NCBI GenBank assembly: GCA_965222615.1
Contig: CBDCUI010000007.1
Coordinates: 288,001-352,000 of the forward strand
Direction of reading: 5' to 3'
Source: Gammaproteobacteria bacterium
Lineage (GTDB): Bacteria; Pseudomonadota; Gammaproteobacteria; UBA4575
DNA: 64,000 nucleotides
The notes under the pieces are model-generated. The model saw only the letters and a program-made list of their open reading frames with translations, made no database searches and was not told the origin of the DNA. A program made the position numbers and the translations under genes. Shown piece after piece: positions 30,712 through 41,326 of the stretch (positions within the stretch are counted from its first letter, which is position 1; each line of letters opens with the position of its first letter).

Positions 30712-32523
30712 ATGGACATTCATTTCACAGTTAAGCCTTCCACAGCTCCGACAACTAGACAATCTGTCATAAAACAGTTTCTACCCTTACTTTGGGATCA
30801 GAAGCAGCAATTGTTTCTTGCATATCTATTATCACTTATCGCAGTTGCAGCAATAACCGTTGCGCCTTGGCCACTCAAGTTCATGATTGACTATGTATTA
30901 AGCGACCAGATAGCCCCCGGCTGGTACATGGCATTGCTAGGAAATCAATCTAAGCCCTTACAACTACTGTTTTTGTCATTTTCTATTGCATTCATTGCCA
31001 TGATAGGTGCAGTAAGTTTTACAACTAGCCAGAGATTCAATGCAAAAGTTCGCGAGAGACTTGGTAAAAATATGCGCAGAGAATTACTCGACAAGATACT
31101 TGTAATGGATTTGTTAGTGCGTCGTAGTTTTCCTAAAGGTGAGCTTACATTACATCTTGTAGATGACGTACATCATGTAATTCGACTCTTAGCTAAAACT
31201 TTTCCTCTTGTCTTACGACATGCGCTTACTGTACTTACTCTAATTATTGTAATGATTTCACTCCAGCCTTTTTTAGGAATAGCAGGAGCCATAATACTTA
31301 GTACATTTGCATTCATTATTTATTCCTATGCAGGACAATTAAATTCTACAGCTCGAAACAAGAGAAAAAGAGAAGGCAATATTGCATCACAATCTCAAGA
31401 AATTATGCGAACAATGGATAGCGTACTTGTGACAGGCCGTGAAAGTTGGATCAGGGAACGCTTTAACAAAATTAATATTGAGAGTTTAAACGCTAGTGTA
31501 AAAGAAACTCACATTGCAACTAGCATGGAAAGAACAATGCAAATTGCTAATGGAGTTGCCATGGCAATTTTTGCAGGTATTGGTGGATGGTTAGTACTGA
31601 AAGGCAGTATCACGATTGGTTCTTTGACGGTGTATCTCAGCTATATGCTTCAGCTTCTAAAGCCAATAGAAAAAATAAACGAATTAGCTTCTGCTGTTAG
31701 CCGCGGCGTTGCAAGAGGTGAACGACTATTGCCATTGTGGAATATTTATTCGAACGTTAAGGAAGCTAAACCTCTAATCACTATCGATCCAAATAAAGTC
31801 GGCTCGCTTGAATTACAAAATGTAACCTTCAATTACACAAACTCTTCAAATAATAAACGTTCACTTATCGATGAAACAAGTATTCTGCACAATGCTAGCC
31901 TTTTATTAAAACCCGGCTCTATCACTATTCTGGTTGGCCCAAGCGGAACCGGAAAATCAACTTTATTGCTTTTATTACTTGGCCTAGTACGACCATCACA
32001 GGGATGCCTCTATCTTCATGGGCATTCATACTCGTCATATTCAAATATGCAAATTCGAGGGCAATTTGCAGTCTTGCTGCAAGACGCTCATCTATTTGCT
32101 GAAAGTATAAAAGACAACTTAGCACCCCCCGATCGAGAAATTACTGACGAAGAAATTTGGGCAATATTAGAGAAAGTTGCGCTCAAGGAAAAAATTGAAT
32201 CTTTACCAAATAAGTTAAATTCAACACTTGTAGAAGATGGACTCAATTTTTCAGGTGGTCAACGTGCCAGACTGTCATTGGCACGCGCCCTCCTGCTAAA
32301 CAGACCTTTTCTGTTACTTGATGAACCCTTAGTGAATATAGACGCTCATTCGCAAAGACTCATTATTTCTACACTTAAAAAAATTAAGCATGATCACACC
32401 TTATTGATTATCACGCACCAACCTTCATTGATGGTCCTTGCTGACCATATCTATGAATTAAAAAGTGGGCAGCTTAAACAAGCTGACACCTATAAAAACA
32501 AACTTGTAATGAGTGTTGCATGA
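30712..32523 (+). CDS. ABC exporter, fused permease/ATPase
   Basis: TM domain, GPSGTGKST, FSGGQ, LLLDEP, H-switch. Confidence 0.93.
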   Translation: MDIHFTVKPSTAPTTRQSVIKQFLPLLWDQKQQLFLAYLLSLIAVAAITVAPWPLKFMIDYVLSDQIAPGWYMALLGNQSKPLQLLFLSFSIAFIAMIGAVSFTTSQRFNAKVRERLGKNMRRELLDKILVMDLLVRRSFPKGELTLHLVDDVHHVIRLLAKTFPLVLRHALTVLTLIIVMISLQPFLGIAGAIILSTFAFIIYSYAGQLNSTARNKRKREGNIASQSQEIMRTMDSVLVTGRESWIRERFNKINIESLNASVKETHIATSMERTMQIANGVAMAIFAGIGGWLVLKGSITIGSLTVYLSYMLQLLKPIEKINELASAVSRGVARGERLLPLWNIYSNVKEAKPLITIDPNKVGSLELQNVTFNYTNSSNNKRSLIDETSILHNASLLLKPGSITILVGPSGTGKSTLLLLLLGLVRPSQGCLYLHGHSYSSYSNMQIRGQFAVLLQDAHLFAESIKDNLAPPDREITDEEIWAILEKVALKEKIESLPNKLNSTLVEDGLNFSGGQRARLSLARALLLNRPFLLLDEPLVNIDAHSQRLIISTLKKIKHDHTLLIITHQPSLMVLADHIYELKSGQLKQADTYKNKLVMSVA

Positions 32524-33749
32524 TAAGCACGGCATTAAATTATCCCATTACACAGCAAAATGACTTAGAACAAGTCATAAATAATGTTTGTCTATACTCT
32601 GATCAAATATTGAAACTAATTTCGTCCTCGGGAAGCAGACAAGGTTGGTGGGCGGATGATTTATCGTGGCAACGAATTTACTCACGCTGTGTACCTAGCT
32701 CTAATGGAAGTATCTCTGGAAGCATCTCGATGCTCTATGCTGCAAGCCTCGAAGATCGAATACTTTGTTCAGTAAAATTATTTTCAGACCCACCGCCCGG
32801 AAATTCACAACATACTATATCAATATACAAGGCTTCGTTAGGTTGGCTATCTCTAGAGCCTTTCCCTAACGATTCAAAATTAACCAGTTTACCAACCTTA
32901 ATAGCGGAGCAACCAAACCTTGAAGTAGTGCGGTATCGCCCTGGGAAAAGATGTACTTTCAGAACAGATGATAAAAAATACTTTGTAAAAGTTTTCGCAA
33001 ACGACAAAGGCAAAAAGGTACATAGTCAAAGTATCAATCTATGGAATGCCTGGTTAAAGAATCGCTTGCAATATAGTGTAGCGAAGCCAATTGATTGGAA
33101 TTGCAAAACACGAGCGCTTTGGCAACAAGCAATTGAGGGAGAATCCATCACAGCAGAACTATTTGGGCCTAACGCCGCAACTGTAGCCACACAAATGGGT
33201 CAAGCATGTGCATCAACTGCAAAAAGTACAATCAATCCAGATTTGATCTTTGATTACACTTGCCAAATGCAACGTACTAAACGTTATATCCAAAATATAA
33301 ACGCATGTTTCCCCGAGTTTATTAGCATTACGCAGCCACTAGAGCAACTACTGCAAACAAAAAAATCAATTGCTGATCAAGTTCAATTAAAACCCATACA
33401 TGGCGCACCACATATGCATCAATGGTTGCGCACCCCTGATGGAAACCTTGGTTTAGTTGATTTCGATCGGTTCTCAGTCGGCGCACCAGAACTTGATGTA
33501 GCTACATTTATTGCAGAAATGGATTACGAAAATCAAACCGTTATTCCAAAAGAAAAAATTAATAGTAGTTTTATAGGTGGCTATAAAACAGTCATTGAAG
33601 ATTTATCTCCTGATGTTGTTCAGATTTATCGCGCACATAAACACATTGCTAAAACTTCGAAGTGTGCCATGGCTTTGCGCACTGATAATAAAAAAAGAAC
33701 TATCGATCGATTGCAACGCGCTAAGAAAATCTTGCAAGAGATATCATGA
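32520..33749 (+). CDS. APH-like phosphotransferase with an atypical catalytic loop
   Basis: RYRPGKRCT, IHGAPHMHQW, VDFD. Confidence 0.75.
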   Translation: MISTALNYPITQQNDLEQVINNVCLYSDQILKLISSSGSRQGWWADDLSWQRIYSRCVPSSNGSISGSISMLYAASLEDRILCSVKLFSDPPPGNSQHTISIYKASLGWLSLEPFPNDSKLTSLPTLIAEQPNLEVVRYRPGKRCTFRTDDKKYFVKVFANDKGKKVHSQSINLWNAWLKNRLQYSVAKPIDWNCKTRALWQQAIEGESITAELFGPNAATVATQMGQACASTAKSTINPDLIFDYTCQMQRTKRYIQNINACFPEFISITQPLEQLLQTKKSIADQVQLKPIHGAPHMHQWLRTPDGNLGLVDFDRFSVGAPELDVATFIAEMDYENQTVIPKEKINSSFIGGYKTVIEDLSPDVVQIYRAHKHIAKTSKCAMALRTDNKKRTIDRLQRAKKILQEIS

Positions 33750-34936
33750 GACAACACAAACCAACAGTATTGTTTTATTGTCAACATGCTCGTGGTATGG
33801 GCCACTTGATTCGTTCTATTGCTATTGCAGAAGCACTTGCAAAAAAATTACACATCATCTTTTTAAACGGTGGGGAATTCCCTAATGGTATAAACAAACC
33901 AAAAAATGTGGAACTTATACAGCTTCCTTCTATGGGACTCGATTCCAACCATAAATTGATTAGTCATTCAAAACTTTATTCTACTGAAGCAGCTATCGAA
34001 AAACGTAAACAAATCCTACTAGATATATTTAGGAAAATCGTACCAGATTTTCTATTGATCGAGTTATTTCCCTTTGGTAGAAAAAAATTTGCACCTGAAT
34101 TAATCCCACTTTTAGAAATTGCTAATAACAGTATAAACCGGCCACAAATAATATGTAGCATTAGAGAGCTTTTAGTTACCGGAAGAACTAATCAACAGCA
34201 GCACGATGATCGCGCTGCAGACATATTAGAACACTATTTCGATGCCGTGCTGGTACATGGTGACAAACACTTTGCTACATTAAATGAAACTTTTTCGCCA
34301 AGCAAATCTATAGAGGTGCCGGTTTTTTACACTGGGTTTGTTACCTCACAAAATAAAATGTACCCAAAACAACCGCATAAACAAGACGTACTAGTAGCTG
34401 CGGGCGGCGGACTCGTAGGTGCCCCGTTATTACGGTCTGCAATTTTTACACATTCGATTCTTCAGCATAAATTTTCATTATCAATGAAGATTATTGCTGG
34501 CCCGTTTCTACCTGAGGATGATTGGGTGCAATTAAATTATTTAGTAAAAAACATTAACAACTTACAACTTGTTCGCTCAGTGCCGGATATGCAACATGAG
34601 TTGTCTCAATCGAGAGTATCTATCAGTCAATGTGGCTATAACACTTCTATGGATTTACTCAGCACAAATATTCCTGCGTTAGTAGTTCCGTATGGAGATA
34701 CTTCTGAAAACGAACAATATGAACGTGCTAAACGGTTAGAGCGACTAAGTTTAGTACAGGTGTTATGTGCATCGGAATTGTCACCGTATTCCTTAGCAAC
34801 AGCTATTCAAAAATTACTTTCCTTTAACCCAAAGCCACATCGAATCAAGCTAGATGGTGCTGCGAATACATTGAATATTATGCTTGAACTAATAAACCAC
34901 AAACTCAACTCGAAAAAATGTGTAGCGATACAGTGA
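33746..34936 (+). CDS. GT-B glycosyltransferase (GT28-C-terminal-like)
   Basis: YCQHARGMGHL.R, ELFPFGR, AGGG.VG, SQCGYNT, EQ..RA. Confidence 0.88.
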   Translation: MRQHKPTVLFYCQHARGMGHLIRSIAIAEALAKKLHIIFLNGGEFPNGINKPKNVELIQLPSMGLDSNHKLISHSKLYSTEAAIEKRKQILLDIFRKIVPDFLLIELFPFGRKKFAPELIPLLEIANNSINRPQIICSIRELLVTGRTNQQQHDDRAADILEHYFDAVLVHGDKHFATLNETFSPSKSIEVPVFYTGFVTSQNKMYPKQPHKQDVLVAAGGGLVGAPLLRSAIFTHSILQHKFSLSMKIIAGPFLPEDDWVQLNYLVKNINNLQLVRSVPDMQHELSQSRVSISQCGYNTSMDLLSTNIPALVVPYGDTSENEQYERAKRLERLSLVQVLCASELSPYSLATAIQKLLSFNPKPHRIKLDGAANTLNIMLELINHKLNSKKCVAIQ

Positions 34937-35745
34937 TAGACCAAATTCCTAAAAATCTTGATGGTTTTATTGCGTCCATACATGACGCTTTAAACAACAG
35001 TACATATACAAAAAATATTTTCTTTCGAAATGATGATGTAGGGCGGGAAAACGAAAAACTCTACGTATTACTAGATATTTTTAAAAAAGAAAAAGTTCCA
35101 TTAGATCTTGCGATTATTCCAGCAAGTTTAAATAACGAACTAGTTGACTTACTTTCAGCAAGATATCAATCCCAAAAACTAGGATTACATCAACATGGTT
35201 ATAAACATCACAATCATGAAATAACGGGTAAAAAATGTGAATTTGGTAATAATAGAAACAAATCTCAACAATTTCTCGACATATCCAAAGGAAAAGAAAA
35301 GTTATTGGAAACTTTCGGTTCTCAGATTGATCCTGTTTTCACACCACCCTGGAATCGCTGTACTAGTGACACAACGGCTTGCCTAATAGACTGTGGTTAT
35401 TGCGTATTATCTAGAGATCGAAACGCTGAACCTATTGAAACTCACAACATAGGTGAACTACCGGTTGACGTAGACTGGTGCAAATACAGTGATGTGGAAT
35501 CTTTATTTCAATCTATCCTCCACAATATTTCAAATTTCCAAAATATCGGTGTAATGCTTCACCATGCAGTAATGAATGCGACTTCTCTTATGATACTAAG
35601 ACACCTACTTAAACAATTACAAATGAATGAAAAGTGTAATCTTGTATTAATGCGTCAAATTATCAATAGCGACAACGTATTTACTATATCAACTTTAAAC
35701 AGCTGTCATGATTTAGATTTTGTTAGGTCATCATATATAAAATGA
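34918..35745 (+). CDS. Polysaccharide deacetylase-like (NodB-fold) protein
   Basis: FFRNDD, HQHGY.H, FTPPWN, MLHH. Confidence 0.8.
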   Translation: MCSDTVIDQIPKNLDGFIASIHDALNNSTYTKNIFFRNDDVGRENEKLYVLLDIFKKEKVPLDLAIIPASLNNELVDLLSARYQSQKLGLHQHGYKHHNHEITGKKCEFGNNRNKSQQFLDISKGKEKLLETFGSQIDPVFTPPWNRCTSDTTACLIDCGYCVLSRDRNAEPIETHNIGELPVDVDWCKYSDVESLFQSILHNISNFQNIGVMLHHAVMNATSLMILRHLLKQLQMNEKCNLVLMRQIINSDNVFTISTLNSCHDLDFVRSSYIK

Positions 35746-37379
35746 AAAACACGACATTAGCAACATCAGCCCACACTATAGATCCTATAAAAAATGGGCG
35801 ATGTATCGCTTTATTTCCAGGTGCATTTCGACCACCTCATAAAGCACACATCCTGGCTGTACGATCTTTATGTGAGTGTGAAGAAATCGATGAGATAGTA
35901 ATCATTATTTCAAATCGGTGGCGTCACATAACTGGAACAAACATGGTATTAGGACCGCAGAGTTCTAAAGCGATTTGGAAAATAATTCTTACCGATCAGG
36001 CTTATAGCAAAGTACGTGTTGAAGTTGCACATCATACTGCTATTTCTTATGCACTTAGCTATTTTCAAAAACTTACCCCACAAGATCAAATTTTATTTTG
36101 TTTAGGCAAACAAGATTATCGACATGGTGATGATCGATTTATTGCAATCAAAAAGCTCTCTTCAGAATTTGACATTAAAGCAGACTTAAGAATCCTGCCT
36201 ACAGGAAACGAAAATATCCGCTCTAGTGAATTACGCAAGGCGCTACCTAATCCCTTTGTTGCGCGCGCCTTACTCTCATCATCACTGCCACCAGAGCTTT
36301 CAACACAACAGCGCAATCAAATTCAAAAAATTTGTGAAGATGGACAAAAAGAAATTTCTAAAATTCTCAGCAATAAGTTAAAGAAGGTACTGCATGATCA
36401 TGGAATGCTCATGATTAAAGATATACATGTTGCAGGAAATAATATTCTTGATTCTACGTTTAAAATTTCACTAAAAAATGGAACACACTACTATGGAAAA
36501 TATACTGGAGACGCTGTTCACACCTCTAATCATAAACCAAGCAACCGTATTTCTATAGAAAAACGTGCTTTATCACGAATCCATCGGATCATTGATAAGG
36601 AAATTCAGCTTCCTGAAGTTGTCATATTTGATAAAAAATACCGCACTCTGATCGTAACTGATGCATGCCCGCATGGCGAGCCGCTTGAGAAACAAATTAT
36701 AAATGGTATTTGTTCGAAAAAAGCCTTACAAAATATTGTTATTTTTTTAAACAAATGTCACCAAGCTAGAAAAATAAAGCCAATCCGAAAGGATTTTAAA
36801 GAAGATATTACACATTGGCACTCTATGCTTGGTGCAATTGGTAGTAACCATCCAATATTGCCTAGCCACAAGCTATTAAATAAAGAGCTATGTTTATTAC
36901 ATAAAAAAAGCTCTAGTTCTGCACTAGAATGTTTTATGTTATTAGATAATTCGCCCTCACATTATCTAATTGATAGTGATGGCAAGGTCGCAAGAATTAA
37001 TTTTGAATATTGTAGTAGCTTTGGCGACCCTGCTTACGATCTCGGAGAATTTCTAGCACATATAATATTAGCAACCATAATAAAATATCAATCAAAGTAT
37101 AACTTTTCAACACTTTCTATTCTCAACTACTACAAGCATTCCACAAATGAAACTTTGTATGAGTTTAATTCTAGAGTTATCAATTATATTGGCGCACACA
37201 TATTAAAGTTATTAGCGGATCGTGGCGAAACATATCTTTCAGAAATACAGAATTTACTCCAATACTGGGCAATAGACTTACTAAAGATCAAGCCTAATAA
37301 AAATTATTCTATTGTTGGTACATTACAGAGTAGCTTTAAAAATCAACTGCATGCAAAAACAGTAAAGGAATACAATTAA
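35742..37379 (+). CDS. HxGH-type nucleotidyltransferase fused to a degenerate kinase-like domain
   Basis: N-terminal FPGAFRPPHKAH...IRSSELR; C-terminal kinase-like region with INFEY..FGDPAYDLG. Confidence 0.65.
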   Translation: MKNTTLATSAHTIDPIKNGRCIALFPGAFRPPHKAHILAVRSLCECEEIDEIVIIISNRWRHITGTNMVLGPQSSKAIWKIILTDQAYSKVRVEVAHHTAISYALSYFQKLTPQDQILFCLGKQDYRHGDDRFIAIKKLSSEFDIKADLRILPTGNENIRSSELRKALPNPFVARALLSSSLPPELSTQQRNQIQKICEDGQKEISKILSNKLKKVLHDHGMLMIKDIHVAGNNILDSTFKISLKNGTHYYGKYTGDAVHTSNHKPSNRISIEKRALSRIHRIIDKEIQLPEVVIFDKKYRTLIVTDACPHGEPLEKQIINGICSKKALQNIVIFLNKCHQARKIKPIRKDFKEDITHWHSMLGAIGSNHPILPSHKLLNKELCLLHKKSSSSALECFMLLDNSPSHYLIDSDGKVARINFEYCSSFGDPAYDLGEFLAHIILATIIKYQSKYNFSTLSILNYYKHSTNETLYEFNSRVINYIGAHILKLLADRGETYLSEIQNLLQYWAIDLLKIKPNKNYSIVGTLQSSFKNQLHAKTVKEYN

Positions 37380-37397
37380 AAATATAGGGAAATAATT

Positions 37398-38852
37398 ATG
37401 AAAATATTACAAATACTATTTGTACTGTTAATATTTACTAACACATTATGCGCAGAGCAAACAGTAACTCAACAAAAACAAACTTCAAAAAAAATACCAA
37501 AAGAATTGCTACAACGCCAAGATGATAAACGGCCTGATGATCAATATACAATTGATCTATTTGGAAGGCCGCTTGTGATTGGAGGTGAATACGAAGCCAC
37601 ATTAACACATGAAGAAGACTACACATTAGACAAACGAGAAAGAGATGATCTTCTAAACTTTAACAATGAACTTCAATTAGAATTATTCTATATGTTAAGT
37701 AATAAAATATTCGCTTTTGCCGAAACAAAAGTTGAAATTAATGATGACTTATATGCTGAAGATGATAAAGAAAAATCTGAAACAGCATTAGATCGTGGGG
37801 AACTATGGTTTTATTTTAGTAGGCTATTTGAAAGTAATTTAAGCTTGCAACTTGGCCGGCAGAACTACCAAAGTATTCGCGAATGGTGGTGGGATGATGA
37901 TTTAGATGCAATCCGACTACACTATAATCTTGAATACCTACATGGAGAAATTTCTATTGCTGAAGAGATTGATCGAGTATCGACTAGAGAAGATATCGAT
38001 CCAAATGAAAAAGATATCACGCGTATACTCAGCCAAATAAATTGGCAATGGAATGAAAATCATTATCTAGGTATTTATTACTTGTATCACGATGACCACT
38101 CAAGCACGCCTGAGATTGGCCGCATTTTCGATGAAGATGAAAGTGATGACGTCGATTCAAAACTCACATGGTTCGGTTTTGATACTAGGGGAAAATTAAA
38201 AACTGAAAATCTAGGAAAAATATATTATTGGTCAAACTTGGCTTTTGTCCGTGGTCAAGATTCTGTGGTCGATTTCGATGATTTATCTTCTGAACTAATC
38301 ATCGTTAATAAAATTAAACGGCAAAATGTAAGAGGATGGGGGATAGACTTAGGTGCCACCTTTCGTACTAAGCTACCTCTTTCACCCAACTTGACAGTAG
38401 CTTATGCCACCACTTCAAAAGATAACAATTTAGAAACGGGTACAGACCGAACATTCCGGCAAACAGGTCTACAAGACAACAACTATAAATTTAGAGGTGT
38501 AGATCGATTTAGATATTATGGCGAACTGCTACGACCGGAATTATCTAACTTGAGAATTTTTACTGCAGCTGTAGGCATTCCTATACTTAACAACAGTTCC
38601 ATTGAACTCATTTATCATAACTACAGACAAGTAGCAAAAGCAGATTTTTTACGTGAAATAGACATTGATGCTGATCCCAATGGGCGTAAAAAAGATATTG
38701 GGGACGAACTAGATTTAATATTTGGAGTTAAAGAATGGAAACATGTGGAATTAGAATTTATCAGTTCGATTTTTAAACCTGGCAATGCATTTGATAGCAG
38801 CAATAATGATCCTGCACATAAATTTGAATTTAAATTTAGTTATAATTTTTGA
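37398..38852 (+). CDS. Alginate-export (AlgE-like) outer-membrane porin
   Basis: Signal peptide, GRQ....EWWWDDDLD, FRQTGLQDN, PELSNL, terminal Phe. Confidence 0.88.
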   Translation: MKILQILFVLLIFTNTLCAEQTVTQQKQTSKKIPKELLQRQDDKRPDDQYTIDLFGRPLVIGGEYEATLTHEEDYTLDKRERDDLLNFNNELQLELFYMLSNKIFAFAETKVEINDDLYAEDDKEKSETALDRGELWFYFSRLFESNLSLQLGRQNYQSIREWWWDDDLDAIRLHYNLEYLHGEISIAEEIDRVSTREDIDPNEKDITRILSQINWQWNENHYLGIYYLYHDDHSSTPEIGRIFDEDESDDVDSKLTWFGFDTRGKLKTENLGKIYYWSNLAFVRGQDSVVDFDDLSSELIIVNKIKRQNVRGWGIDLGATFRTKLPLSPNLTVAYATTSKDNNLETGTDRTFRQTGLQDNNYKFRGVDRFRYYGELLRPELSNLRIFTAAVGIPILNNSSIELIYHNYRQVAKADFLREIDIDADPNGRKKDIGDELDLIFGVKEWKHVELEFISSIFKPGNAFDSSNNDPAHKFEFKFSYNF

Positions 38853-39420
38853 TATTTCTTAATCTTAGACAAAATCAACAACTAAGTGCACCACAATTGA
38901 CTAAAGTAGCAACATAAATATTTAGGTAGAACACTCCACAGGGTAATCTGATAGTTTAAGGTTTACAACAACTTCAAGATCAGGAGACTTTTATGTATTA
39001 TATCCATCTTGGCGCACGCGGACGTATGCGTATCTTTTATTTAACCTAATATGGCTAAGACTGAGAGACGTTTGAATAGATTCGCAGCTGGGCACTCGAT
39101 TTTTACGTGATAAATTAATTGGGAAATAAAGCTTAGTCATATTTAAAATTATTATTGATTATTCATCTTTTCTAATACTAATGGTGACAACATCACTCAC
39201 ACAATAACAACGATAAGAATTTATAAGTTTACTTGTTTTGCGCATTATCAAATAAACACTTCTAATCCATTTTAGTTCTCGACCATTATTTCAACCGCTT
39301 TTCCAATAACATCGCTTCTTGATTAATTATTTGATATTTTTCTCGTGTATTGAGATTGAATAGACATATTTTCACTTGAATTGTAAATATGATTCACTCT
39401 AAATAATTCTTAACAATGTA

Positions 39421-41025
39421 ATGACACAAGCAATAAAATCTTGGATTAGTTGTATAGATAGCTTAGCTCGTCATTCCATTTTATCGATTACTGCATTGGC
39501 GACATTAGCACTGTTCCTTTGTATCCTGCCTAGTTTCTTTGCCGATCTACCAATTCCTTCCGTTCATGACGAAAGAGGTTACTGGTTAAGCGCGGAAACA
39601 TTTGCGCAGGGGCGCCTAACCAACCCAACCCATCCTCATTGGAAACATTTCGAAACAATTCACCAATTGCAAGTGCCTAGTTACCAGTCTAAATATCCGC
39701 CGGCACAGGGATTAATCATGGCTTTGGGTCTCAAACTTGGTCATCCGATTTACGGGGTGTGGCTGAGTATCGCATTTATGGTCGGTGCTATCGTTTGGAT
39801 GATGCAGGCCTGGCTACCACCACGGTGGGCGGTAATTGGTGGCTTTGTCGCCATACTGCAATTTATATTGATAGGAAAGGCACATTCAACTGGAGACTGG
39901 GGATATTGGAGTCAGACCTATTGGGGCGGAGCAATGGCCGCAACGGGAGGCGCACTGCTGTTTGGTGCAGTAAAAAGGTTAGTCAAAGCGCCCAGCATAA
40001 GCGCTACTTTTGCTTTGTGTCTGGGTGCATCGATATTGGCACTGAGCAGACCGAAGGAAGGCTTTTTAGTATTTGCCTTGGTCGCAGTGTTATTGGCTAT
40101 ATGGTTTTTTCGATTACGTGGCCAAAACTTACGAGATGCCATGGTAAAAGTGATTCTACCTGCAATTGTATTGATATCCTGCACTTTTGTATTTATTGGT
40201 ATTTATAACAAAGAAGTAACTGGAAATGCCTGGGAGATGCCGTGGCAAACACATTATAAACAATATGTTGTCTTCCCTATTTGGCTTTGGGGTGAACCAC
40301 GCACCGATGTAGTATGGAATAACAAACAATTGCAGGAATTTCATGGTGGATGGGAGCTAGAACTCTATACACGCCACAGCGGTTTAAAAGGATTTATAAC
40401 CACATCATTGCGCAAAATTGCCAGATTCTGGGTATTTTATATCGGGCCAATTTTTTCACTAGCACTGTTAACCTTACCATGGATATTAAGAAGTCGTTGG
40501 ATGCTTTTAATATTTGCCAGCATCGCTTTAATTTTCGTTAATAACCTCGTATCGTTTGCCGCTTTCCCCCACTATTCCGCACCAATTACGGCGGCTATCG
40601 TACTCTTGATAACAGCAGGGTTACGTCATCTTTACCATTTTCGTTGGCGCGAAATTGCTGTCGGACAAAAACTTGTACTTGCCATGTTTGCGCTAGCCAT
40701 ACTACAACTTTTAATTGCTTTCCCAAATGTAGTTAAAGACATGAACAACACTGGATTACGCGAAAAAATACGAGCTCAATTACTTGAGAACTCGCAAAAA
40801 GATTTGTTGTTTATCCGCTATGGGCCTAAACGTGGTGTGCACAGTGAATGGGTATTTAATGCAGCTGATATAAATGGATCAGAAGTTATATGGGCACGGG
40901 AATTAAGCAAAGAGCAAAATGAATCACTAATAAATTACTACCCAGACCGCAAAGTATGGTTAGTAAAAGTGGGTTTTGATGAAACGCCACAGTTACTGCC
41001 TTATCCAACAACAATTCATAATTAG
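39421..41025 (+). CDS. Polytopic membrane protein, GT-C-like glycosyltransferase candidate
   Basis: HDE..Y in the first loop, SKYPP, SRP.E, many TM helices, C-terminal EWVFNAADI. Confidence 0.6.
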   Translation: MTQAIKSWISCIDSLARHSILSITALATLALFLCILPSFFADLPIPSVHDERGYWLSAETFAQGRLTNPTHPHWKHFETIHQLQVPSYQSKYPPAQGLIMALGLKLGHPIYGVWLSIAFMVGAIVWMMQAWLPPRWAVIGGFVAILQFILIGKAHSTGDWGYWSQTYWGGAMAATGGALLFGAVKRLVKAPSISATFALCLGASILALSRPKEGFLVFALVAVLLAIWFFRLRGQNLRDAMVKVILPAIVLISCTFVFIGIYNKEVTGNAWEMPWQTHYKQYVVFPIWLWGEPRTDVVWNNKQLQEFHGGWELELYTRHSGLKGFITTSLRKIARFWVFYIGPIFSLALLTLPWILRSRWMLLIFASIALIFVNNLVSFAAFPHYSAPITAAIVLLITAGLRHLYHFRWREIAVGQKLVLAMFALAILQLLIAFPNVVKDMNNTGLREKIRAQLLENSQKDLLFIRYGPKRGVHSEWVFNAADINGSEVIWARELSKEQNESLINYYPDRKVWLVKVGFDETPQLLPYPTTIHN

Positions 41026-41042
41026 TTATTTAACACTTATTT

Positions 41043-41220
41043 AAAGCCAAAGAAATAGAATATAAAGTCTTACTTGACCAAGCCACACTTAAGCTACGTG
41101 CTTATTCAAAAGAAACTGTTATAGCTGAAAAATGTCATGCCTTAGTAGAGTTTGGCATAACAACTATTTTCTTGAAAGACTTTTATGATTTATATGTGAT
41201 GGTTAGTAAATTTCAAAGGC
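41043..41220 (+). pseudogene. AbiEii-type nucleotidyltransferase toxin fragment
   Basis: Startless frame reading EYKVLLDQATLKLRAYSKETVIAEKCHALVEFG...LKDFYDL. Confidence 0.7.
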
Positions 41221-41326
41221 GGGTCTGGTCGTTAGCACTCTATTTTCAATTAACTAAAGGTGGTACGAGATCCAATGCTTAAGGTTTGCTTACATGATTA
41301 ATATACTCAACTAGATAAATTGAGAT

